From positions 256,001 to 320,000 of the forward strand of contig CBDCYI010000009.1 of assembly GCA_965224085.1 (NCBI GenBank): a stretch of DNA of 64,000 nt. Direction: 5' to 3'. Below, one piece after another: positions 9,493 to 20,597 of the stretch. Every line of letters starts with the position of its first letter. Position 1 is the first letter of the stretch. Below the pieces are notes generated by a model. That model worked only from the letters and a program-made list of their open reading frames with translations, was not told the origin of the DNA and made no database searches. Source of the DNA: Candidatus Marinacidobacterales bacterium. Its GTDB lineage: Bacteria > Acidobacteriota > Vicinamibacteria > Marinacidobacterales > SMYC01. The position numbers were made by a program, and so were the translations under genes.

Positions 9493-12400
9493 ATGTCACA
9501 CCCTATCTTGTTCGTCGCGCCGTCGGCCGCGGCAAGACGTCGACGGGCCCAAGACATCGTACGCGATCTGCCCCGAAGCAGCCCGCTCTTGCTGCTCTCG
9601 AAAGAGCAGGAATCTGCGGATCACTTCGTCAGGGAGCTCGCCGCGGAAAGGGGATCGCTCTTCGCCGTTCGACGTTTGACCCTCGACGCCCTTGCCTATG
9701 AGCTCGCTCTTCCGGCGCTCGCCCGCGCAGGAAGAACCTCTCACAGCCGCCTCGGTCAAGAAGCAGTGATGGCGCGCGTCGTTCACCAGGGAGTTCGAGA
9801 CAACTCCCTGGGAAGACTCACGAGCGTCGCAGACGGGCCGGGTCTCGTGCGCGCTCTGACCTCCACGATCCAGGAGTGCCGTCTGCACGGCGTGACCACC
9901 GCGTCGCTCAAAGCACTCGGCGCGGAGGGCAAAGTCCTCCGGCACGTCGCCGAGGCCTACGAAGCGATCTCCCGCGAGCACGGCGTCGCCGACCGCTCTC
10001 ACGTGTTGGCGCAGGCACTCGACGCACTCGACGCTTTCGCCGGCAACCACGTCGCGGTACCGTGCGTTCTCCTCGATGTGCTCATAGAAACGCCGGCGGA
10101 GGCGAAGCTCGTGAGAGCACTCGCCGAGCGCGCGCCGACCGCGGTCGCTACCGTACCGGCGGGCGACGATCTCTCGTTGCGTTACTTGGTCGACGCCCTC
10201 GGCTGCGACGCCGAGGTACTCCCTGCTGAAGGCCCCCCGTCGCTTCGCGCTCTTCAGCAATATCTTTTCAGCGACGAAGCGCCCCCCCCTCAGGAAGAAG
10301 CGCACGAAGTCACGATTCTCTCCGCCCCCGGCGAAGCCCAAGAGGCCGTCGAGATCGTGCGGGCTGTCCAAGACGCCGCCGCGGCGGGGACACCCTTCGA
10401 CGAGATTGCGGTCTTGCTGCGCTCCCCCGGGAGCTATACGACGCTGCTCGAAGACGCATTCGGCCGCGCGGAAATCCCCGCTCACTTCGAGTGCGGTACG
10501 ACGCGCCCCGATCCCGCGGGGCGCGCTTTCTTAGCACTCATGGACTGCGCGGCGGAAGAGCTGAGCGCCACCCGTTTCGCCGAGTATCTCTCTTTGGCGC
10601 AACTACCCAAGCTCGACGCCGAGGGTCTACCGGTGCCGTCCGAGGCTTTGCCCGAGGACGAAGACATTCTCTGGGTACCGCCGAAACATGCTCTCGCGCC
10701 CAAAACGGCCGAAGCGATGGAGCCGGTACAACTCGACCTTTTTACCGAGCCCGAGAAACTCGATGAGCCGGAAAAGGCCATAGCGATTGAGGGAGGGTTG
10801 CGCGCACCGTGGCGATGGGAAAAGCTCCTCGTGGACGCCGCGGTCATTGGCAGCCACGCGCGCTGGGAGCGTCGCCTTGCAGGTCTCGGACGGGAGCTCG
10901 AGATCCGACTCCTAGAAGTCGAAGATCAAGACAGCGCCGAAGCGGAGTCACTACAACGGGAGTGTCTTGACCTCGAGCACTTGAAACGCTATGCCCTCCC
11001 ACTCGTAGAAGTTCTCGCGGAGTTTCCCACACAAGCTCTATGGGGCGGATGGATCGAAGCGCTCGAGCGGCTCGCAATGCGGGCCCTCACCCGCCCGGAA
11101 GGCGTGCTCGCGATTCTCGAGGAGCTGCGCCCGATGAGCTCCGTCGGTCCCGTCGATTGGATGGAAGTCCGCGACGTTTTGAGCGAACGCCTCACGCTGC
11201 TCTCGCAACGCCCGAAAGACTACCGTTACGGAAAAGTTTGGATCGCGCCCATCGACGCCGTGCGCGGTGCGAGCTTCCAGGTGGTGCTCGTACCCGGCCT
11301 CGCGGAGCGTATGTTTCCGAGAAAAATCGTGGAGGACCCGCTTTTGCTGGACCCGAAGCGCCGCACGCTCGGGGCGGGACTTCAACTCTCGGAAGAACGG
11401 GCTTCGAACGAAAGGCTCGCTCTCAAGATCGCGATAGGCGCTGCCACAAAGCAAATCGTTTTCAGCTACCCGTCGGTCGATCTCAAGCAAGGCCGCGCCA
11501 AAGTGCCGTCTTTCTATCTTCTCGAGATCGCTCGCGCCAGCCAAGGTACTCTTCCCGATTTTGAGACGCTCGAGCGCGAGGCCGCGAGCTCGAGCGGCGC
11601 CCGCCTCGGCTGGCCAGCACCGCTCGAGCACAAGCGCGCCATCGACGCGACCGAGTTCGACCTCGCTTTTCTCGCGGACGCGCTCCGGCGGGATGCGCGG
11701 GAGGACGACGTGCGGGGCACGGGACGCTATCTCGTCGACGTGAACCCGTCACTCGCGCGATCGCTCCGCGCTAAATACCAACGGGGACGCCCGGGAAAAT
11801 TTACCTCCGTCGACGGCTATCTCGAGCCCTCCGAAAGCGCGAGAGAGACGCTTCGAGCCCAGCGCTTGAGCGCCCGCGCCTATTCGGTCACGGCACTCGA
11901 GAAGTACGCGGGCTGTCCTTATCGGTTCTATTTGAACGCAATCCTGCGACTGCGCCCGCGCGACGTCATCGAGCCCATCACGCATCTCGACGCGCTCACG
12001 CGCGGCCACATCGTTCACGAAGCGCAGTTTCACGTCATCGGCCGGCTCGAAGAAGCTGGCTTGGTCCCCGTGACGCCGGAAAATCTCGTCGAAGTGATGC
12101 GTCTGTTCGAAGTCGTGCTCGACGAGGTTACGGACGGTTTTCATGAGCAGCTCGCGCCCGCCATCGAGCGCATCTGGCAGGACGAGCTCGAGCGAATCCG
12201 CATCGACTTGCGCGGATGGATTCGCCGCGAAGCCGAGAAGACCGACGGCTTCGTCCCCTACCGGCGAGAATACACATTCGGCATGCGGCCGCGTGGGCCG
12301 GCGGATCCCTCGAGCACCCTCGACGTCGCGAAGCTCGAAGGCGGGTTGAGGCTTTGCGGTGCTATCGACCTCGTCGAAAAACGCGCGGACGGCAAAGTGC

Positions 12401-12798
12401 GGGTGACCGACCATAAGAGCGGGAAGGTGTGGATGCCGGAAAGCGCCATCCTGAACGGCGGTGAGAGCCTCCAGCCGGTTCTCTACACACTCGCCTATGA
12501 GGCGTTGACCGGCGAACAAGTCGAATCGTCGCGCCTGTACTACTGCACGGAGCGCGGCGGCTATGCCCAGCGCGTAGTGCACGTCGACGACAAAGCGCTC
12601 GAGGTAGTCGCCGAGTTTCAAAGACGCCTCGACGACATCATCGACGAAGGTTTCTTCCCCGCCTCTCCCCAGGCCAAGTTCGGGTGCCGCTTTTGCGACT
12701 ACCTCCCCGTTTGCGGACCGAGGATGGAGGTCGACGCCAAACGCAAACAAGCGGACCCTCGTCTTTCGCCTCTCAACTGGCTGCGGAATCTCACATGA
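9493..12798 (+). CDS. addB: AddB-like subunit (inactive helicase fold plus PD-(D/E)XK nuclease with Fe-S cysteines)
   Basis: IAVLLRS, SVTALEKYAGCPYRF, GAIDLVE...DHKSG, CRFCDYLPVC; ATGA overlap with addA. Confidence 0.85.
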   Translation: MSHPILFVAPSAAARRRRAQDIVRDLPRSSPLLLLSKEQESADHFVRELAAERGSLFAVRRLTLDALAYELALPALARAGRTSHSRLGQEAVMARVVHQGVRDNSLGRLTSVADGPGLVRALTSTIQECRLHGVTTASLKALGAEGKVLRHVAEAYEAISREHGVADRSHVLAQALDALDAFAGNHVAVPCVLLDVLIETPAEAKLVRALAERAPTAVATVPAGDDLSLRYLVDALGCDAEVLPAEGPPSLRALQQYLFSDEAPPPQEEAHEVTILSAPGEAQEAVEIVRAVQDAAAAGTPFDEIAVLLRSPGSYTTLLEDAFGRAEIPAHFECGTTRPDPAGRAFLALMDCAAEELSATRFAEYLSLAQLPKLDAEGLPVPSEALPEDEDILWVPPKHALAPKTAEAMEPVQLDLFTEPEKLDEPEKAIAIEGGLRAPWRWEKLLVDAAVIGSHARWERRLAGLGRELEIRLLEVEDQDSAEAESLQRECLDLEHLKRYALPLVEVLAEFPTQALWGGWIEALERLAMRALTRPEGVLAILEELRPMSSVGPVDWMEVRDVLSERLTLLSQRPKDYRYGKVWIAPIDAVRGASFQVVLVPGLAERMFPRKIVEDPLLLDPKRRTLGAGLQLSEERASNERLALKIAIGAATKQIVFSYPSVDLKQGRAKVPSFYLLEIARASQGTLPDFETLEREAASSSGARLGWPAPLEHKRAIDATEFDLAFLADALRRDAREDDVRGTGRYLVDVNPSLARSLRAKYQRGRPGKFTSVDGYLEPSESARETLRAQRLSARAYSVTALEKYAGCPYRFYLNAILRLRPRDVIEPITHLDALTRGHIVHEAQFHVIGRLEEAGLVPVTPENLVEVMRLFEVVLDEVTDGFHEQLAPAIERIWQDELERIRIDLRGWIRREAEKTDGFVPYRREYTFGMRPRGPADPSSTLDVAKLEGGLRLCGAIDLVEKRADGKVRVTDHKSGKVWMPESAILNGGESLQPVLYTLAYEALTGEQVESSRLYYCTERGGYAQRVVHVDDKALEVVAEFQRRLDDIIDEGFFPASPQAKFGCRFCDYLPVCGPRMEVDAKRKQADPRLSPLNWLRNLT

Positions 12799-15700
12799 GC
12801 GAGCCACTCGCCGACCAGGCCGCGCGCGACGCCATCCAGAATGATCTCGACACGACTCTCGTGGTGGAGGCCGCGGCAGGAACGGGTAAAACAACAGCAC
12901 TCGTCGGACGGATCATCGAGATTATCAAAACGGGGCGCGGCGAGCTTCCGAGGCTCGTGGCCGTTACCTTTACGGAAAAGGCGGCGGGTGAGCTCAAGCT
13001 CCGTCTGCGCGGCGAGCTCGAGACCGCTCGCTCGCTCGCGGTCGACCCCGCGATAAAAGACGCTCGCGATATTTTGGCGCGGCTCGACCGTGGTCTCCTC
13101 CAGCTCGAGCAAGCCCATATCGGAACCATCCACGGCTTCTGCGCGGATTTGTTGAAGGAGCGCCCGCTACAGGCGAAGGTAGACCCACTGTTCGAAGTCT
13201 CGACAGAAGATGAGACCGAGCGCATTTACCGCCGCGTCTTCGATCGCTGGCTCGAAGAGAAGCTCGCCGATCCTCCGTCGGGTGTACGGCGGCAGCTGCG
13301 AAAGCGTCCTTTTCGGGACCAGGGCCCCATCGACGATCTTTATCGTGCCGGACGCTCGCTCGTCGATATCCGGGACTTCCCGACGCCTTGGGAAATTCGC
13401 TCTTTCGATCGCGAGGGCATGATCGATGACCTCCTCGAGCGCGCACGACACCTCGCGGAGATGGCGGAGAATCCTCATAGCCAGCGCGACTACCTTTTCA
13501 TGGATCTCGCAGGCTTACAGAGCTTCCTACAGGAACTACGCGGTCAGGAACAAGTCAGCGGCAAGCGCGACTACGACGCGCTCGAGCATCGCCTGCCGGC
13601 ACTCAAGCTCGGGCGGCGAAAAGGTCGCGGCGCGTTTGGCGGAAGTGGCGTTCGCGAGCAGATTCTCTCGGAGCGCGAGACGCTCGTGGACGCCATGGCA
13701 GATTTCAAGAAGCAGGTCGCGGCCGACCGCGCCGCACATCTACAAAACGAGCTTCAAGAAGTGGTGACGGGCTATCAGGACACGAAGAACAAGGCGGGCC
13801 GTCTCGATTTTCTCGACTTACTGATCCAAGCGCGCGACATGCTGCGCAATCATCTCGAGCTCCGAAAAGAGCTCCAGGACCGCTTCACCCATATCTTCGT
13901 CGACGAGTTCCAGGACACCGATCCGCTCCAAGCCGAAATTCTTCTCTTGCTCGCCTCGAGTGAGCCCGGCGAGGATCAGTGGCGGAAAGTGCGGCCGGTT
14001 CCCGGGAAGCTCTTCATCGTCGCCGATCCGAAGCAGTCCATCTATCGTTTTCGCCGCGCCGATGTATCGCTCTATCAAACCGTAAAGCGCCAGCTCGTCT
14101 CCGCGGGTGCGAAGCCGCAATATCTCAGTGTGAGCTTTCGTTCGGTGCCTGAAATCCAAGAGATGGTCAACAGTGCCATGGCGGAGGCGATGAAGCGCAC
14201 CGAGCACAACCATCAAGCCGAGTACGTGCGCCTCGAGCCTCACCGGCCGGGGATCGTCGGTCAACCGGCGGTCGTGGCGCTTCCCCTCGCACGGCCTTAC
14301 GGCGATTGGGGCTATTTGACTCAATATGCGATGGCGCGCTCCGAGCCCAACGCGGTCGCCGCCTGGGTACGCTGGCTCGTCGAGGAAAGCGGTTGGTTAG
14401 TGACCTCACGCACGAGCACAGAGCCGAGACCCGTCACGGCGTCGGACGTTTGCTTGCTCTTCCGTCGCTTCGTCAGCGGCGGGCGCTCGATTACGCAGCC
14501 CTACATCGAACAGCTACAAGGCCTCGACGTGCCACACGTGCTGATTGGAGGACGCGGCTTCCATCAACGCGAGGAGATCGAAGCCATGCGCGTCGCCCTC
14601 ACAGCGATCGAACGGCCCGATGACGAGCTCTCGGTGTTCTCCACGCTGCGAGGGCCGCTATTCAGCCTTTCAGACGACGACCTCTTCCTGTTTCGCACCG
14701 CGCACGGTCCGCTCCATCCTTTTCGCCAGACGGAAGCAGCCTCGGAGGATGTGCAGAAAGCACTCGACGTACTCGCTCACTTGCATCGCGGCCGGAACTT
14801 CCGCCCCGTAGCACTCACCATCCGCGAGCTTCTAGATGAAACGCGCGCTCAAGCGGGCTTCGCGCTCTGGCAAGCGGGTGATCAAGTTCTCGCCAATGTG
14901 CTTCGCCTCATGCAGCTCGCGCGCAACTTCGAGGAGAGCGGCGGGCTTTCGTTTCGCGGCTTCGTCGAGCACTTGGATGGGCTCGCGGAAAAAGGCGACC
15001 CCAACGAGCAGCCGCTCATCGAAGACGGGGTCGAGGGCGTGCGCCTCATGACGGTGCACAAAGCCAAAGGCCTCGAGTTCCCCGTTATCGTGCTTTGCGA
15101 CATCACGTGCAATTTTTCCATGGGCGCATCGCGTCATGTCGACCCGGAACGCAAGATCTTTGCGGTGAGGCTCGCCGGCGGGTCGCCGTGGGAGCTTCTC
15201 GACAACGAGCAAGCCGAAGGCGAGCGCGACGGCGCGGAGAGCTTGAGGCTGCTCTACGTGGCGGCGACGCGCGCAAGGGACGTGCTCGTCACGCCGGTCG
15301 TGGCGGATCGTGCCCAAGAGAGCGGCTGGGTGGGACCGCTTCTCCCCACGCTCCACCCTACGCTCAAAACGCAGCGCTTCCCCGTCGTCCCTTCGGGCTG
15401 CCCTCGTTTCACAGGTGAGGAGTGCGTTGTCGAGCGGGGTGATCGTGCCGACGTGATGCCCGGAGAAGGCGTCCGTCCGGGGCTTCACAAGCCGCAACGC
15501 GGCCTCCACCGCGTCGTATGGTGGGATCCGCATCATCTCGAGCGCGAGACCGCGACAAAGCCCGGGCTTCGGCGCTATTGGATTCTAAAAGGCCAGGAAT
15601 CGGACGGCCCGACGAAGGGCGCACGCGAGCACGAGAGCTGGTCCATCCATCGGGAAAGCCTCCTCGCGAATGGCGCGGTGAAAAGCCACCGCGTCACGAG

Positions 15701-16235
15701 CGTCACCCGTCTCGTCGACGAAGACGAGGCCGTGGTCGTTGGTGCGGCCCGCGTCGAGATTGCCGAGGTGCCCGGACGTGACCCGCAACGCCCCTCCGGA
15801 AAACGTTTCGGCTCGCTCGTGCATGAGCTTCTCGCCCGGACGGCTCTTGCGGAGCCGAGTGAGCCAAGTAATATCGAGCCGCTTGGAAGAAGCCTTGCCC
15901 GCATGTTCGGAGCTACGGAGACGGAGACCCGGGCGGCTATCGAAGCCGTGACCCGGGCGCTCGCGCATCCGATAATGGTGACGGCGCGCGACGCCGCCGA
16001 GTGCTACCGAGAGACCCCGCTTCTCGAGCGCACCGCGGATGGGCGCCTCATCGAAGGCATCGCCGATCTCGTCTTCCGCGCCCACCCCGACACCGCGTGG
16101 ACGATCGTGGATTTCAAGACCGATCTCCGGGTCGACATATCCGAAGAGGCGCATCGCCGCCAAGTCGCGCTCTATCAGCGCGCCCTCGAAGCCGCTACTA
16201 ACAGGCCCAACAAAGGCGTCCTCTTATATCTATAA
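12795..16235 (+). CDS. addA: AddA-like UvrD helicase/nuclease
   Basis: EAAAGTGKT, TFTEKAA, VDEFQDT, DPKQSIYRFR, MTVHKAKGLEF, LYVAATRA, and C-terminal EGIADL...VDFKT. Confidence 0.9.
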   Translation: MSEPLADQAARDAIQNDLDTTLVVEAAAGTGKTTALVGRIIEIIKTGRGELPRLVAVTFTEKAAGELKLRLRGELETARSLAVDPAIKDARDILARLDRGLLQLEQAHIGTIHGFCADLLKERPLQAKVDPLFEVSTEDETERIYRRVFDRWLEEKLADPPSGVRRQLRKRPFRDQGPIDDLYRAGRSLVDIRDFPTPWEIRSFDREGMIDDLLERARHLAEMAENPHSQRDYLFMDLAGLQSFLQELRGQEQVSGKRDYDALEHRLPALKLGRRKGRGAFGGSGVREQILSERETLVDAMADFKKQVAADRAAHLQNELQEVVTGYQDTKNKAGRLDFLDLLIQARDMLRNHLELRKELQDRFTHIFVDEFQDTDPLQAEILLLLASSEPGEDQWRKVRPVPGKLFIVADPKQSIYRFRRADVSLYQTVKRQLVSAGAKPQYLSVSFRSVPEIQEMVNSAMAEAMKRTEHNHQAEYVRLEPHRPGIVGQPAVVALPLARPYGDWGYLTQYAMARSEPNAVAAWVRWLVEESGWLVTSRTSTEPRPVTASDVCLLFRRFVSGGRSITQPYIEQLQGLDVPHVLIGGRGFHQREEIEAMRVALTAIERPDDELSVFSTLRGPLFSLSDDDLFLFRTAHGPLHPFRQTEAASEDVQKALDVLAHLHRGRNFRPVALTIRELLDETRAQAGFALWQAGDQVLANVLRLMQLARNFEESGGLSFRGFVEHLDGLAEKGDPNEQPLIEDGVEGVRLMTVHKAKGLEFPVIVLCDITCNFSMGASRHVDPERKIFAVRLAGGSPWELLDNEQAEGERDGAESLRLLYVAATRARDVLVTPVVADRAQESGWVGPLLPTLHPTLKTQRFPVVPSGCPRFTGEECVVERGDRADVMPGEGVRPGLHKPQRGLHRVVWWDPHHLERETATKPGLRRYWILKGQESDGPTKGAREHESWSIHRESLLANGAVKSHRVTSVTRLVDEDEAVVVGAARVEIAEVPGRDPQRPSGKRFGSLVHELLARTALAEPSEPSNIEPLGRSLARMFGATETETRAAIEAVTRALAHPIMVTARDAAECYRETPLLERTADGRLIEGIADLVFRAHPDTAWTIVDFKTDLRVDISEEAHRRQVALYQRALEAATNRPNKGVLLYL

Positions 16236-16292
16236 AAAAGTGGCGGCTTGGTGTGCTGGCTGCGTATCCCATGGCAGAGGGAACGCACGCAG

Positions 16293-17225
16293 ATGGCACG
16301 GATTACATTGAACCCCGGCGACAACCTGGGCAACTATCACATTCGAGCTCTTCTCGGGGTCGGCGCGATGGCGGAAGTCCACTTGGCCACGGACCGTCGT
16401 AGCGGGCGGAGTGTCGCCCTGAAGATCCTTCGGCGCGGATTCATACGCAACAAGAACTTGCTGAAGCGTTTCAGCCGCGAGGCGCGCACGCTTGCGGCGA
16501 CGAAGCATCCGAACATCGTAGCTATCCACGAAGTAGGTCAAAGTACAGGCATCCCGTACATCGCGATGGAGTACGTGCCCGGTGGGACGCTGAGAGAGCT
16601 CGTTGACGACGGCCCGATAGACCTTCACACCGTGATCGCTTTCGCCCGGCAGATCGCTGCAGGCCTCGCAGAAGCACACAAGAAAGGCGTCGTGCATCGA
16701 GATCTGAAGCCCGAGAACATCATGGTCACAGCCGACGGACAGGTGAAGATTCTCGATTTCGGCCTCTCGAAGCCGCTCGGGGCGAATAAAACCAGCAAGG
16801 CTGAGAGTGCCGAGACGAGCGAGGAGCTCACCCTGCCCGGCACTATTCTGGGAACGCTCGAATACATGTCGCCCGAGCAAGCAAGTGGCTACCGCGTCGA
16901 GTACCGCACCGACCAGTTCGCTTTTGGAGCGATCCTTTACGAATTGCTGACCGGCACGTCGGCGTTCAAGCGCGATACGGCGTTGCGCACGCTAGCCGCC
17001 ATCATCGAAGGCGCTCCCGCGCCGCTCTGTACGCACCTTCCCGGTTCCCTCCGCGCTCTCATCGCTCGCTGCATCGAAAAGGTACCCGAAGCGCGCTACG
17101 CTTCCATGGAAGCCCTTGGGGACGAACTCGGAGGAATAGAGCTCGATGACGATAGCTCGGGGAACGGGTGGCTCGCCGTGGGCGCGACGGTGCTCGCCGC
17201 GCTCGCCGCTGGCGTCCTTATCTAA
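16293..17225 (+). CDS. Ser/Thr protein kinase with C-terminal membrane anchor
   Basis: [28 protein letters not shown]; hydrophobic tail. Confidence 0.9.
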   Translation: MARITLNPGDNLGNYHIRALLGVGAMAEVHLATDRRSGRSVALKILRRGFIRNKNLLKRFSREARTLAATKHPNIVAIHEVGQSTGIPYIAMEYVPGGTLRELVDDGPIDLHTVIAFARQIAAGLAEAHKKGVVHRDLKPENIMVTADGQVKILDFGLSKPLGANKTSKAESAETSEELTLPGTILGTLEYMSPEQASGYRVEYRTDQFAFGAILYELLTGTSAFKRDTALRTLAAIIEGAPAPLCTHLPGSLRALIARCIEKVPEARYASMEALGDELGGIELDDDSSGNGWLAVGATVLAALAAGVLI

Positions 17226-17275
17226 AGGCCCGCTCCTGGCACTAGATTTGAGTCAAATCCCGGCGAATGGGAGTC

Positions 17276-18874
17276 TTATCGTTCTTCGCCCGACAAAACG
17301 GGCTCGCGATCTTGAACCGGTGCCGGCGGAACCGGTACCTCAACTGGCACCGGCGGCTTAGGCGTGGGTTTCCTTCTCATGCTCATCAGCAGGCCCTCGA
17401 CGACCAGTCCGACGATCGTTCGCGAGTGCTGCAGGAGCAGCACAACCCAGTCTCGCTTGCGCACCTGAGGGAAGAAGATGCCCCGAAACGCTAGCGCAGA
17501 GCCAAACATGGTCGCCCGTTCGCTAAACGGCCGATGCGCGATCTTCCGGAGCGCCCCGCTAATGGCTGAGCGGGAGTAAGACCTTGCCCAGGCACTACGC
17601 ACCTCCGCCTCCGACTCGTCGACAGTGATGCTCTTTGGCGTAAACGCCATCCTGAACGGACGGAAATCGAGCCAGTGCGTCGGGCGCGTCAGACGCCCTT
17701 CTTTTGCCAGCCGATCGTAGAGCGGCGTCGCCGGATACGGCGTCAACAGTCCGTACACCGGCAGACCCGGCGGCCAGGATTCAATTTGATCCAGGGTGCG
17801 TGAGGCTACGCCGGGAGTGTCACCGTCCATCCCAAAGATGAAGGAGGTGATGGCGTACAGCCCGCGATCCGCCAACCGGTGCAGGATGCCTTCGTATTCC
17901 GCTGGTTTGTTGAACCCCTTGTTGACCGCTTTCAAGTTGACCGGGTCGATGGATTCCATTCCGATAAAGATCCACCGGCCGCCACTGGCGGAGATCAAGT
18001 CTAATAGCTTTTGATCGCGTAGGAGGTTGATGCTGATCTGCGCGACCCACGGCACGATAGCGTCACGCGCGATGATCGCCCGCAGCAGCGACTTGGTGCG
18101 CTTGACGTTGATGGCGAAGTTATCGTCGATGAAGAACACCGCGATGTTGCCGCCCTCTCGCTTCCCCCGTTCCTTAATGAGCAAGAGCTCTTCGACGACG
18201 CTGTCATTCGTACGGAAGCGGATCGAGTCGCCAAAGAACCCGGTCACGGTACAGAAGTCACAACCGTAGGGGCAGCCCCGGCCGGATTCGATCGGCACGA
18301 CATACAGGGATTTCCACCAACCCAGTTTCTTCAGCATCGGGTGCAGGGCCGACGGAATCAGGTTGAACTGCTCCAAATCCAATGTGTCCCAGGGGATTCT
18401 TGGATACTCGGCTAGATCCGGCTTGATTTCAGTGCCCGAGGCATCGACGGGCTCGTAGCGTTGCTTCAGTTGTCCCCGCGCCGCATCTTCCACTATGCGG
18501 GGCCAGGTCTGATCGGCTTCACCCAGTGCGACGGCATCCGCGTGCCGGGGCTCATCGGTCCGTCCGAGAGGCTCGTCGGGCACTTCGGTGACGTGGGGGC
18601 CGCCAAAGACCACCTTGGCGCCTGCGCCGCGCATGGCGTCCGCGGCCCGGTATGCGCGGGCGGCCATGCGTGTCATCGCGCCGATCCCCACGAGCTTGAT
18701 AGCGTTCTCTTTGACGAACGAGGCCAGGTCCGACTCCGACATCGGCCGCGCGTTAGCGTCGATGAGGAAGACGCGGTGCCCCGGTGGGGTTAAAGACTTC
18801 AGTAGAAACATCCAGAGATGCGGCATGAAGTTGCGCGTGACCCCGTTATCGGGGTTGTACAGCAATATATTCAT
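17276..18874 (-). CDS. B12-binding radical SAM protein
   Basis: VVFGGPHVT cobalamin-domain motif, GRGCPYGCDFC (CxxxCxxC), FFIDDNF, TPYPATPLY. Confidence 0.9.
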   Translation of the reverse strand: MNILLYNPDNGVTRNFMPHLWMFLLKSLTPPGHRVFLIDANARPMSESDLASFVKENAIKLVGIGAMTRMAARAYRAADAMRGAGAKVVFGGPHVTEVPDEPLGRTDEPRHADAVALGEADQTWPRIVEDAARGQLKQRYEPVDASGTEIKPDLAEYPRIPWDTLDLEQFNLIPSALHPMLKKLGWWKSLYVVPIESGRGCPYGCDFCTVTGFFGDSIRFRTNDSVVEELLLIKERGKREGGNIAVFFIDDNFAINVKRTKSLLRAIIARDAIVPWVAQISINLLRDQKLLDLISASGGRWIFIGMESIDPVNLKAVNKGFNKPAEYEGILHRLADRGLYAITSFIFGMDGDTPGVASRTLDQIESWPPGLPVYGLLTPYPATPLYDRLAKEGRLTRPTHWLDFRPFRMAFTPKSITVDESEAEVRSAWARSYSRSAISGALRKIAHRPFSERATMFGSALAFRGIFFPQVRKRDWVVLLLQHSRTIVGLVVEGLLMSMRRKPTPKPPVPVEVPVPPAPVQDREPVLSGEER

Positions 18875-19009
18875 AGAGGCTTTTAGGAGATCTCAGTGCT
18901 GGTTGAAGTTGTCCCGCGGATTACGGGGTCTGTCGGGCAACGACTAGGTGCATGTTTACTGCCGGAGTTTACGACTGCGTGGTCGGAAAGTAAAGCGAGT
19001 AAGCGACTT

Positions 19010-19219
19010 TCAACAGCGCACCCTATGGAGGCGTGAAACGGCCATCGGCGGCTGCCCACCACGTTCGGTGATGCGCTCGGAAACAGACTTCAACCCCTCC
19101 TCATTGACGTCGAGGGCCACGACGCGCGCCCCTTGCTCCGCGGCCGCTAGCGCTACCGCTTCTCCAATCCCGGACCCCGCACCGATGATGGCAACGACCT
19201 GGTCATGCAAGCGAAACAT
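19010..19219 (-). pseudogene. SDR oxidoreductase, N-terminal remnant
   Basis: MFRLHDQVVAIIGAGSGIGEAVA Rossmann motif; ends after ~60 aa without YxxxK. Confidence 0.85.
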
Positions 19220-20597
19220 TTTGACTCTTTTTCCTGACTGCAAATACGCTGACGAAGGCAATACCGCTCACGAGAAGGCCGATGAGCGGTGGGTTCCAGA
19301 TACCAAAGCCCCGGCCGACAGTCATCACGTCGACGACGATCAAGACTGGAATGCCGATCCCGACGGCCGCAAAAGCCTCGGGAGCTCCGGCTCGGCGTGT
19401 GTAGAGCGCGGCGATAACGGGAACGAAGAACAGCACGCTCAGAAACGAATAGAACACGGTGAGCGCCCCAATGATGGTCTCGAACGCGATGGCGAGCGCG
19501 ACGCCGAGGAGACCGCCGACGAGCGCCGCGCCGCGCGCGACCCGCAGCACATCAGCATCGGAAGCGTCAGGCCGCACGAAGCGCTGATAGAGATCGCGCG
19601 AGAGTGACGTCGCGAGCATGAAGAGGACCGCGTCCGCCGAGCTCACTTCCGCCGAGAAGATGGCCGCGAGCCCGAGACAGCCGAGCGCTATGGGAATCTC
19701 GCGAGCGAGCAAGGTCGGGAGCGCTAATGCCTGCGTCGAAAGCACGGGAAAGTGAACGCGCGCAACCATTCCGAGGAGCACCGGCAGGAAGGCAAAGACC
19801 ATCAAAGCCAGGCCGGCTGCGCCGACCGCAATACGCACGGTCCGTTCATCCCGCGCGCCATAGACTTTCTGCACGAGCCCGGGGGAGATAATGAAGGCGG
19901 GAACGAGAAGCGCCATGTAGTAGAGCGCGGGGCCGCCACCTTGCCAAATATCCGTAGAGCCAGCCTCGACGGACAAGCCACCGAAGCCTCCCACCGAGTC
20001 GAGCGCCGCCGGCACGATCCAAACGAAGCCCGCGGTGAGCACAACCAGCTGCACGAGGTTCACCCATGCGGACGACAAGAGGCCGCCCGCGGCGAAGTAA
20101 GCGGAGACGACGACACCTCCAATGAGACAGCCGTAAATCTTCGGGATGCCGGCCACGCTCTGGAGCACGATAGCCACCGCAATGAGCTGCGCCGCGAGCA
20201 CGAAGAGGGTCGTTACCCAGAGAAGTGCTGCGACGACACCGCGGACCGCCCCCCCGTAGCGGAGCTCGAGAAGATCCCCAACCGTCTGAAGGTCGTGCTC
20301 TTTCGCGAGTCGCCACACCCGCGGGCCCGCCCAAAACGCGAGCAAGAGGGTTCCGATCCCTGCGGAGCCCACCCACCACCAGGCAACGAGGCCACGTGCA
20401 TAACCGATCCCCGCGGCTCCCATCGTCGAGCCCGCCCCGATATTGGCCGCGAGGAGCGTCGCAAAAAGGAGCAAAGGGCCGAGATTCCGGCCCGCGACGA
20501 AGAAGGTATCGGTGCTCTTGACACCGCGGCCCACAAAAAGACCGATGACGATGAGTAGAGCCGAATAACCGAGGATGGCGAGGAGGTAAGGATTCAA
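19203..20597 (-). CDS. Sodium:solute symporter family protein
   Basis: FFVAGRNLG, ANIGAGST, SAEVSSADAVL; about 13 TM helices. Confidence 0.9.
   Translation of the reverse strand: MNPYLLAILGYSALLIVIGLFVGRGVKSTDTFFVAGRNLGPLLLFATLLAANIGAGSTMGAAGIGYARGLVAWWWVGSAGIGTLLLAFWAGPRVWRLAKEHDLQTVGDLLELRYGGAVRGVVAALLWVTTLFVLAAQLIAVAIVLQSVAGIPKIYGCLIGGVVVSAYFAAGGLLSSAWVNLVQLVVLTAGFVWIVPAALDSVGGFGGLSVEAGSTDIWQGGGPALYYMALLVPAFIISPGLVQKVYGARDERTVRIAVGAAGLALMVFAFLPVLLGMVARVHFPVLSTQALALPTLLAREIPIALGCLGLAAIFSAEVSSADAVLFMLATSLSRDLYQRFVRPDASDADVLRVARGAALVGGLLGVALAIAFETIIGALTVFYSFLSVLFFVPVIAALYTRRAGAPEAFAAVGIGIPVLIVVDVMTVGRGFGIWNPPLIGLLVSGIAFVSVFAVRKKSQNVSLA

Noticed and set aside
9493-16235. Helicase-nuclease pair as a novel defence system
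   Set aside because: Motifs, sizes and order match ordinary AddAB recombination-repair genes.
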